A stretch of DNA of 12,138 nt from an uncultured archaeon (GTDB lineage: Archaea > Asgardarchaeota > Lokiarchaeia > Sigyniarchaeales > SOKP01): NCBI GenBank assembly GCA_964525635.1, contig CAZGJX010000038.1:23120-35257 (forward strand), in the 5' to 3' direction. A model generated the notes under the pieces. The model did no database searches. It worked only from the letters and a program-made list of their open reading frames with translations, and had not been told where the DNA came from. Position numbers and translations under genes: made by a program. Of the stretch, positions 1 through 7,703 are shown one piece after another (within the stretch, counting starts at the first letter, position 1; the number at the start of each line of letters is the position of its first letter).

Positions 1-1
1 T

Positions 2-268
2 TATACAATTGATACCCTTACGAGGCAATATAATTGCACAATAGCAATTGTATATTGGAATTATTATGATGATACTAGAATCTTCATACCTATCGATTGG
101 ATATATGCAGGTAAATGGAATCTTAAGAATAATGTTGTATGTGGGGGATCCTCAGTCTACTTTTATGCAGTTCAACCAACTGCTATAGATCAATTAATTG
201 ACAATCTTCACGATTTCACAGATTCTCTACCTGAAGATGTAGGTTATTATATAGCAAGTTATCTTTGA
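2..268 (+). CDS. 3' end of a hypothetical protein (5'-truncated by the window edge; not in the ORF track)
   Basis: Frame 2 is open for 88 codons to TGA at 266-268: YTIDTLTRQYNCTIAIVYWNYYDDTRIFIPIDWIYAGKWNLKNNVVCGGSSVYFYAVQPTAIDQLIDNLHDFTDSLPEDVGYYIASYL*. Protein-like composition; the stop directly abuts the convergent aminotransferase stop. Confidence 0.8.
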   Translation, partial: YTIDTLTRQYNCTIAIVYWNYYDDTRIFIPIDWIYAGKWNLKNNVVCGGSSVYFYAVQPTAIDQLIDNLHDFTDSLPEDVGYYIASYL

Positions 269-1423
269 TTATATTGTATTTACGAAGTTTTCTATTCTAT
301 ACATTGCTTCCTTTAATTTATCCATATCTATAGCATAAGATATTCTTAACTTATCATTTGAGAAAGAACCGAATATATCTCCGGGTACAATAGCAACTCC
401 CTTTTTTTTTATGATTTGTTCCGAAAATTCTTGCCCCGTCATATTAAGATCTTCCACAGAAGGCATAATATAAAAAGCACCTCTTGGTTTTATAACTTTT
501 AATCCTATTTCCTTTAATCTACTATAAGAATAATCTCTTCTTTCTTGAAAACTTATGAGAATATTATTGAAAAATTGATTATCCATTTTTAATGCTTCTA
601 TAAAACCATATTGGGCAGCATGATTAGTACCTGCAACGGTATATTGATGATATTTTTCCATTAAATCAATTATATTCTCATTTGCAACAGCATATCCTAA
701 TCTAAATCCAGTCGCAGAATATAATTTTGACATCGCATTTATTGTTATCGTTCTATCAAATAAATCATCCATGGAAGCAGGACTAATATGTTTAAATCCA
801 TCATAGAGATAATTTTCGTAGACTTCATCAGAGATTAAATATAAGTCAAATTCCAAAACAATTTGAATTAATTCATTTATTTCTTGTGGAGTGAAAACAT
901 AACCAGTGGGATTATTTGGAGAATTAATGAGTATGGCTTTGGTTTTGTCTGTTATTAATGATTTTAATTTTGTAAAATCAGGTGAAAAATCCTCCTTTCT
1001 TTCAATTTCTATTATATTAATTCCAAAAAATGATCCAAGATAAAAATAAGATATGAAGTTAGGAGAAAATAGAATTAATTCATCTCCTGGATTAAATAAT
1101 GAGGCGAAGGTCAGTGTTAAAGCTTGACTTCCACCATTAGTAATTATGATATTATTTTTCCAATTTACTTGGATTTTGTTATTTTTATCAAGTTTATGTT
1201 CTATAAGTTTTAATAATTCAGGGACTCCCCTTGTGGGTGCATATTGTGTGATATTTTTTTCTAAAGCTGTAATATTTCCATTTATTGCAGGATCAGGAGT
1301 CTTGAAATCAGGTTGACCAATACCTAAACTTATTATATCTGAACGTCCAGAGGCAAAATCAAAGAGTTCCCTAATTTTAGATTTGGGTGTTTTATTAGTC
1401 AATATATAAGATAATTCTTTCAT
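269..1423 (-). CDS. PLP-dependent aminotransferase class I/II (aspartate aminotransferase-like)
   Basis: Motifs ISLGIGQPDF, YAPTRG, NSPNNPTG, SDEVY, SKLYSATGFRLGY (PLP lysine), GAFY and LRISYA; 384 aa. Confidence 0.95.
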   Translation of the reverse strand: MKELSYILTNKTPKSKIRELFDFASGRSDIISLGIGQPDFKTPDPAINGNITALEKNITQYAPTRGVPELLKLIEHKLDKNNKIQVNWKNNIIITNGGSQALTLTFASLFNPGDELILFSPNFISYFYLGSFFGINIIEIERKEDFSPDFTKLKSLITDKTKAILINSPNNPTGYVFTPQEINELIQIVLEFDLYLISDEVYENYLYDGFKHISPASMDDLFDRTITINAMSKLYSATGFRLGYAVANENIIDLMEKYHQYTVAGTNHAAQYGFIEALKMDNQFFNNILISFQERRDYSYSRLKEIGLKVIKPRGAFYIMPSVEDLNMTGQEFSEQIIKKKGVAIVPGDIFGSFSNDKLRISYAIDMDKLKEAMYRIENFVNTI

Positions 1424-1614
1424 AATAATTATTAATCCAAATGTTATTTTTAAATTTCCTAAGCTTTTTTTATATTAATATTGAATCATCAAAATTGGTG
1501 AGTATGATTTTCTATCTGTAGTTATATTAAATGGGAGGAATTTAATATTAATAAAATTGCTAATTTAAGATAATTATTTAATATTCTGAAAGGATTATAA
1601 ATATAAAATGAGAA

Positions 1615-1651
1615 TGATAATTTTGCAGAAAAAGCAAAATTCCAATTATCA
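1615..1651 (-). terminator. Inverted repeat / possible terminator hairpin downstream of the GTPase gene
   Basis: AATTTTGC (1619-1626), 7-nt loop, GCAAAATT (1634-1641); an overlapping outer pair TGATAATT (1615-1622) / AATTATCA (1644-1651). Lies 50-85 nt past the GTPase stop. It could equally be an operator. Confidence 0.3.
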
Positions 1652-1701
1652 GACTATACTTTGAAATAAATTTAATAAATTTGAATATGAAGTATGGGGA
1701 T

Positions 1702-2256
1702 TTAAATTCCTTTAACGTTTTGTCTTCTTAAAATTTCAATCACAAGATTTTCAAATGCTTTATTTACATAATCTCCATATTTTGCTGATGTTTCAATAAA
1801 TTCAATTGCTCCAATTCTATCTGCCATTTTTTTACCTTCTTCCGTTGGTACAATTCTTTCGTTTTCTAAATCAATTTTATTTCCGATTACCATGTATACT
1901 CCTTCTTTTTTAACATATTTCTTAAAATCCTCATACCACTTTGATTCTATTGCATCAAATGTATTATGACGTGTCATATCATAAACTAAAAGTCCTGCAA
2001 CGCATCCTTGAAAATACATACTTCGAATAACATTGTATTTCTCTTGTCCAGCTAAATCCCACATTATTAATCGTATTCTTGCGTTTATTTTTTCAATATT
2101 AACATCTTTGCGAATAATATTAGCACCTAATGTAGGTTTATAATCTTCTGCAAATGACCCTTCTACATATTGATTAATTAAGCTGGTTTTACCTACTGCA
2201 GCTTCACCTAAAATAGTAATTTTAAATACGTATTCTTTTATTTCTTCTGTTGACAT
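1702..2256 (-). CDS. Rab-like small GTPase (Ras superfamily, Asgard type)
   Basis: G1 GEAAVGKT, G2 YKPTLG, G3 WDLAGQE, G4 GNKID, G5 ETSAK. RabF-like segments RLIMW, YFQGC, LVYDMT. No C-terminal prenylation cysteines. GAGGA lies about 10 nt upstream of the ATG. Confidence 0.95.
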   Translation of the reverse strand: MSTEEIKEYVFKITILGEAAVGKTSLINQYVEGSFAEDYKPTLGANIIRKDVNIEKINARIRLIMWDLAGQEKYNVIRSMYFQGCVAGLLVYDMTRHNTFDAIESKWYEDFKKYVKKEGVYMVIGNKIDLENERIVPTEEGKKMADRIGAIEFIETSAKYGDYVNKAFENLVIEILRRQNVKGI

Positions 2257-2302
2257 ATCTTTACAATCCTCTGATTGTTATTAATATATTATTTTATTTT
2301 AT

Positions 2303-2863
2303 TTATTTTTTTTTTATTTTTAATGTTAATAAAAAACTATTATGATCAGCTTTTTGGAGATTTTCCTCATCTGAATGATAAATTACTTCTTTATCTGAAG
2401 TTAATGTCTTTTCAAGACTATGAACTAAAAATCCCTTAAATAAAGTGCATGGAATCCCAATTTCTGAACAAAAGACACAATTTTCTACTCTAATTTTAAC
2501 TTCATCATTGGTCATTTTTAAAATTTCAATATTCCAATCTGTGTTTATTAATTTAGTTATTTCTTTTAAACTATCTTCAAAGTTCTTCCCAAATGGAAAA
2601 AGATAAAATGAAAATTTTCTACCTATTTCAAATAGTAATTCACTACACTGATATAATAAGCAATTTTGTGCTGATAAAATTTTCTTAAAAGAAAAATATT
2701 CAATTGAACTTTCAGGATCAAAATCTTTCTGGTTTTTCAAATGAAGCATCCCTGCTTCTTTTAATATCGATTTCATTCCATCATAATCAAGGGTATCAAG
2801 ATATGTTTGTAAAAGTGCTGTAACTACTTTATTCTTGACCTTACCCTTATAATCTCCAATCAT
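2303..2863 (-). CDS. V4R-domain protein (V4R/H-NOX/TRAPP Bet3-like fold)
   Basis: N-terminal NKVVTALL...GMKSILKEAG helices, LFEIGRKF helix, and IRVENCVFC-x6-CTLFKGFL, the typical V4R strand-Cys-helix signature. Confidence 0.75.
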   Translation of the reverse strand: MIGDYKGKVKNKVVTALLQTYLDTLDYDGMKSILKEAGMLHLKNQKDFDPESSIEYFSFKKILSAQNCLLYQCSELLFEIGRKFSFYLFPFGKNFEDSLKEITKLINTDWNIEILKMTNDEVKIRVENCVFCSEIGIPCTLFKGFLVHSLEKTLTSDKEVIYHSDEENLQKADHNSFLLTLKIKKK

Positions 2864-2897
2864 CTATAAATTCAATATTTTCAATCTTTTTAAATTC

Positions 2898-3326
2898 TTA
2901 TATATTCAGAAGTGATACTTTATATTCTTCATTGTGAAGACGTTCAATTTTAATATTAGTTTCATAAATATACGCTTCACCAGTAATTGATATTATGCTT
3001 GGTTGACCTAAATGACCTCCGATTAAACTATAATCTTCTTTTCCAACTATAGCATGAAGATGTACAATAGGTTCTCCATTTTTAAAAGCTATATTACCCA
3101 TACAACTCACAAGTTCAACATTTTCTTTAATTGTATTAAACTCATATTCTTTCTTTTTTATATCAAAATAACCTATTGTTGTCTTTTTCAAAGCACCTAT
3201 GATATTTATTAGACCTGATTTAATATTATATTTTCTAACAATCTCGATAATAGAATCAATAATATCTTCTTCCGGTTGTATCTTTACAATGATAACCCTA
3301 TTAATGAGAGTTTCAACAGTCTTCAT
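2898..3326 (-). CDS. PPC domain (DUF296) protein, putative DNA-binding / Zn-binding
   Basis: IGAL, ELVSCMGNI, VHLHAIVG and IGGHL motifs; 142 aa. Confidence 0.92.
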   Translation of the reverse strand: MKTVETLINRVIIVKIQPEEDIIDSIIEIVRKYNIKSGLINIIGALKKTTIGYFDIKKKEYEFNTIKENVELVSCMGNIAFKNGEPIVHLHAIVGKEDYSLIGGHLGQPSIISITGEAYIYETNIKIERLHNEEYKVSLLNI

Positions 3327-3553
3327 AACACTTGTAAATTAAATATATAACTTCCCTTTTATAAAATTGTCTAATTTTTTAAAACCATTGTTTTTAAAAA
3401 AAAACTAAACCATTTGTAGAATTTATTTTTTTTCATTTAAAGTTTAATTAAAGCTATAATTATAATTCTTTTATTTATTGAGTAAATAATCATAAGGAAT
3501 TCTTAAAATAAATAAAAAAATTTTTAGAGTTCAATATATTTAATGATTTAATA

Positions 3554-4435
3554 ATGACCGAGAAAATAGAAATATCTGGAGTAGAAGTATATTTAACAGA
3601 TCCGGTAGAAGTGGAGATGGAATGGGTTGGAAATGAAAATTTAACCAATCAATTAAAAGCCGCATGGTTGGTCTTGGAAGAGAATGATCTCCCTCTTACT
3701 CCACGTATTTTAGGGAGGCCTGGAATTGGTAAGACAACATTAGCATATGCGACGGGTAAAAAACTCGGAAAAGAGGTATATATATTTCAATGTACAATGG
3801 ATACACGTCCTGAAGATTTATTGATAAGCCCTGTTATTTCGTCTGACAAATCTATAAAATATGTTGGAAGTTCCTTAGTTTCGGCTATGATAAAGGGAGG
3901 CATTTGTCTTCTAGATGAAGGTAATCGAATGAGTGAAAAAAGTTGGGCATCATTGGCACCTCTAATGGATAAACGACGATATGTTGAGAGTATTATTGCA
4001 GGGATAAGAATATTTGCTCACCCAGACTTTCGTCTCTGTGTTACTATGAATAGTGATTCCAGTACATATGAAGTCCCTGAATATATTTTAAGTAGAATGA
4101 TAAAAATCCAAGTAGATTTTCCAACTAAAAAGGATGAATATAAAATACTAAAATATAATATCCCATTTAGTTCCGAAGAAATTTTACAATATTGTGTTGA
4201 TTTTCTTCAAAATTCACATACTTATGAAGAACCTTATGTTGTTAGGGATGGGATTAAAATCTTAAGATATTATATGAAAAAAAGAGTTTTATACAAAAAG
4301 AATAAAAATGATCTTGATAAAGAAGAATTTAAAGAAGCAATGCAAATTGTACTAGATGAAGATGCAATAAGATATTGCCCAGATGAATATGAGAAGTTTT
4401 TAAAAGAAGCCAAAGATGATTTAATTGATATTTAA
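3554..4435 (+). CDS. MoxR-like AAA+ ATPase (AAA_5 type)
   Basis: Walker A GRPGIGKT, Walker B CLLDEGNR, QCT..TRPEDL, AHPDFRLCVTMN (sensor I), ILSR arginine finger. Confidence 0.92.
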   Translation: MTEKIEISGVEVYLTDPVEVEMEWVGNENLTNQLKAAWLVLEENDLPLTPRILGRPGIGKTTLAYATGKKLGKEVYIFQCTMDTRPEDLLISPVISSDKSIKYVGSSLVSAMIKGGICLLDEGNRMSEKSWASLAPLMDKRRYVESIIAGIRIFAHPDFRLCVTMNSDSSTYEVPEYILSRMIKIQVDFPTKKDEYKILKYNIPFSSEEILQYCVDFLQNSHTYEEPYVVRDGIKILRYYMKKRVLYKKNKNDLDKEEFKEAMQIVLDEDAIRYCPDEYEKFLKEAKDDLIDI

Positions 4436-4514
4436 AAAAGCTTTTTTGTTTTAATTAACATTAAATCTTAAAAATTCATTATTTCAACATTTAGTTTATT
4501 AAATTTTATTAATA

Positions 4515-5504
4515 TTATTCTCCAGGATATTTTAATCCCCATTGGGCTCGTAAATTATCCATTATTTTCATGATTTCTAAAGTATCACTTAATGGCATTA
4601 TACTGCTTTCGATTTTTTCATTATTTAAACAATCCATAACTTCAATAATTTCATAATTATATCCATTGGATGTGTAGGGCATATATATTCTTTTTTTTTG
4701 TGTTTTATTAATATTTATTGTCATTTCAGAAGGGTGAAAGAAATCAGGTATTTCTATATATCCTTTATCTCCATATATAAAAGCATAATGGGGTAATTCA
4801 AAAATAAATGAAGAAGCACATAATGCAGTTTGATTATTTCCATATTGAAAGAAATATTGTGAAAATTCATCAACTCCTGTTTTTCCTAACAGCGCACTAC
4901 CTTTTATTATTAAAGGGGTACAATTAAAAATCATTTTAGCAAATGATAAGGTATAAATCCCTAGATCAAGTAATGCACCTCCTCCTAATTTGGGATTTAT
5001 TAATCTTTCTATTTGATGATCCTTTGTATTTATTCCAAAATCAGCTTTTAGATGAAAAATATCACCTATAATATTATTTCTTAAAATTTTTCGTAATTCT
5101 CTAATACAAGGAAAAAAACGAGTCCACATTGCTTCCATTAAGAATAATTCTTTTTTAATAGAAGTCTTAATTAATTTATCTGCTTGAGAGGTATTTAGAG
5201 TAAAAGGTTTTTCACATAGAACATTAATTCCATTATTTAAACACAATAGAGCATTTTCATAATGATAATTATTCGTTGTTGCAATATATATTACATCTAC
5301 ATCGGTTTTATTTATTAAATCTTCATAATTTTCAAAATATGTTTTTATATGGAATTTTTTACTAAATTTTTGAGCTTTTCCTTTAGTTTTTGAGGCTATG
5401 GCCTCCAACTTAGCGTTTTCACACGTTTTTAGTGCTGTGGCAAAATTATGAGCTATATTCCCACATCCTAAAATTCCCCATTTTATTTCTCTATTCAATT
5501 TCAT
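4515..5504 (-). CDS. Gfo/Idh/MocA family NAD(P)-dependent oxidoreductase (dihydrodiol / D-xylose dehydrogenase-like)
   Basis: WGILGCGNIA Rossmann motif, VLCEKP, MEAMWTRF, GGGALLDLGIY, and C-terminal R.QWGLKYP. Confidence 0.93.
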   Translation of the reverse strand: MKLNREIKWGILGCGNIAHNFATALKTCENAKLEAIASKTKGKAQKFSKKFHIKTYFENYEDLINKTDVDVIYIATTNNYHYENALLCLNNGINVLCEKPFTLNTSQADKLIKTSIKKELFLMEAMWTRFFPCIRELRKILRNNIIGDIFHLKADFGINTKDHQIERLINPKLGGGALLDLGIYTLSFAKMIFNCTPLIIKGSALLGKTGVDEFSQYFFQYGNNQTALCASSFIFELPHYAFIYGDKGYIEIPDFFHPSEMTININKTQKKRIYMPYTSNGYNYEIIEVMDCLNNEKIESSIMPLSDTLEIMKIMDNLRAQWGLKYPGE

Positions 5505-5630
5505 AACAAAGATATTATATATTGAAATGTTAAATTATTTAATAGCTATTTAATTGTAAATTAATTCTAAAGATTAAAACTTTATATTATTTCTATTATA
5601 TAAATATTAAATTATAATAATTAATAAAAG

Positions 5631-7619
5631 ATGGACACACTCCCCTATATTCGTTATAAAAATATATATATTATTCCTACGTTTCATTGTAGAATTGAAT
5701 TTGCCAAATTAGTTAGGGAAGCTTTTTTTAAAGTATATCCAGATGTAATTGCAGTAGAATTACCAGATAATATTAAAGAAAGAGTTATTGAGGCTATTGA
5801 AAGATTACCCTATTTATCATTAATTGGCTATGCTGATACTTTAAATCCAGACAATATGACATTTATACCCATTGATCCAGGGGATTCCATAATTGAAGCG
5901 GTAAGAATAGGAAAAGTTCATAACATTCCAATCGAATTTATAGATTTTTCGGTAAAGAATTATATGCAATCTATAATAAAGCTTCCAGATGATTATTCAT
6001 TAAATCAAATTGGCTTAAATAATTATTATAATACAATTTCAAAATATTTTAAAGATGAAGATTTTAAAAAAAAAAAAGAATTCAGAGATAAAATTGATTT
6101 TAATGAATTTCTAGAAAAAAAAGAGAATCATGAATTAAAACTTAACAATTTAGAAAAAGATATATTAAGAGAGATGTATATGGCATCGAAATTATTACAA
6201 ATGATGCCTGTATATAATAGGATTTTGTTAATTGTTGGTATGGCTCATTGGATGGATATCAAATATTATCTAGAAAAAAAAGAAAAGGTCCAATCAGTTA
6301 ATATTAGTTTATTACCTTATGAATACATAAAGATTTATAATATTAAGAGTAAAGATGCTCGATTTCTCTTAAGAGAATTACCATTTCACACATATAAATG
6401 GTTAAAATTTAGAAAAAAGTTTTCTAAATCTCTTCTAGAACAAATTGAGACTCCAGAAGAATTATCACTTCTTATTTCTTCATTTGATAAGAATAAACAT
6501 ATAAAGGAGATTTTATTAAAAGCGAGAGATGAATATGAAAAGGAATATAAAGAATTTATTAATCTCCATAGATTAAAATTTCTATTCCAGTATGCAAGAA
6601 ATTTGACAGTTACGAATAATAATCTATTACCAAATTTATTAGATTTATTATTTACATCAAGAAATGTAATTAACGATGAATATGCATGGAAAGTAATGGA
6701 AAAAGCATCTTATTATCCTTTTGATGATAAAAGTCAAAAGTATGAGACAATGAGATTAAAATTTGAAGGAGGTTATGATTCAAGTGGGTGTTTTATAAAA
6801 CTACGAAGATATCTCCCCTATTATAAAAAGAACAAACCATTTCCTTTGAAAAAAAGACCAGAAGAAAAATATCCAGGAGAATGGAAAGAAAAATGGGAAA
6901 AAAACAAAGAATCAACGTGCTCCTATCCTCCTGAGGATATCATAGAAGAGGATTATTTTGATTATATCAGAAAAAGGGCTATGAAAAACTTAAAAAAAAA
7001 AAAAACAAAGATTGAAGAATTTAAATCAAGTATCAAAGATGGTATTGCAATAAAAGAGACATTAAGGAGTTGGGGGATTAATAAAAAAATTTATATTAAA
7101 AATGAGCAGCAAATACAAGGTTCAATAGATACAATGATTGTGATTTTTGATGAAGATATTGGAGAAGAAGAACAATATCCATATAAATTGACTTGGTGGG
7201 CAGAACATAATAAAGAAAGTGATATTGCGTTTTATGCTACTAACCCAGGTGAATATCTTATTGGTCCAGGGATCTCTCATGTAGAAATTGGAGGAATTTT
7301 ATCTTTTTTCCCACCATTCTTTATACCCCCAATTTTTGAATCCTTCATGGACTTTAAATATAAAGAGGTATCAAATAAAGCGGAACGCCTTTTAAAGGCA
7401 GCTGTAATGTATTCCCGTGAAAAATATATTTTATATATAGCTAATAAACCACCAAGAAAATATTTTTTTTCACTTGCTGGTGTAAAACATAGGCATATTA
7501 TTCATATCCCAATCGAAAATTATTCTGCTGAATCACTTAAAACAATAAAACATATACACCTTCTTGCAGGAAAAAAAACTCGAAGAATTGCTCACAATTA
7601 TATTCTCTTAAATAAGTAA
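5631..7619 (+). CDS. Conserved hypothetical protein with a TraB/TIKI-like (YehM/DUF5682-like) N-terminal domain; probable partner of the MoxR ATPase
   Basis: 662-aa ORF. PTFH, PDVIAVELP, LREMYMA and LIVGMAHW follow the order of the TraB/GumN/TIKI motifs (H, E, R..M, GxxH). C-terminal part (CSYPPED, WWAEH..ESD) has no function I recognise. Confidence 0.6.
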   Translation: MDTLPYIRYKNIYIIPTFHCRIEFAKLVREAFFKVYPDVIAVELPDNIKERVIEAIERLPYLSLIGYADTLNPDNMTFIPIDPGDSIIEAVRIGKVHNIPIEFIDFSVKNYMQSIIKLPDDYSLNQIGLNNYYNTISKYFKDEDFKKKKEFRDKIDFNEFLEKKENHELKLNNLEKDILREMYMASKLLQMMPVYNRILLIVGMAHWMDIKYYLEKKEKVQSVNISLLPYEYIKIYNIKSKDARFLLRELPFHTYKWLKFRKKFSKSLLEQIETPEELSLLISSFDKNKHIKEILLKARDEYEKEYKEFINLHRLKFLFQYARNLTVTNNNLLPNLLDLLFTSRNVINDEYAWKVMEKASYYPFDDKSQKYETMRLKFEGGYDSSGCFIKLRRYLPYYKKNKPFPLKKRPEEKYPGEWKEKWEKNKESTCSYPPEDIIEEDYFDYIRKRAMKNLKKKKTKIEEFKSSIKDGIAIKETLRSWGINKKIYIKNEQQIQGSIDTMIVIFDEDIGEEEQYPYKLTWWAEHNKESDIAFYATNPGEYLIGPGISHVEIGGILSFFPPFFIPPIFESFMDFKYKEVSNKAERLLKAAVMYSREKYILYIANKPPRKYFFSLAGVKHRHIIHIPIENYSAESLKTIKHIHLLAGKKTRRIAHNYILLNK

Positions 7620-7703
7620 ACCTTCCTAAAATAACAAAATTAATTTAATTTAAAAAAATGTCTAAAGCAAGTTAAATTAATAATAATAAAATAAATAGAT
7701 TGT

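Noticed and set aside
266-268. Selenocysteine read-through at the TGA stop (Lokiarchaeia are known to use Sec)
   Set aside because: Read-through would run antisense into the aminotransferase gene, and there is no redox motif context or recognisable SECIS.
6066-7005. A12 (6066-6077) and A14 (6992-7005) runs in the 662-aa gene as phase-variation or frameshift sites
   Set aside because: The frame is intact, the runs encode lysine tracts, and long A/T runs occur throughout this AT-rich window.
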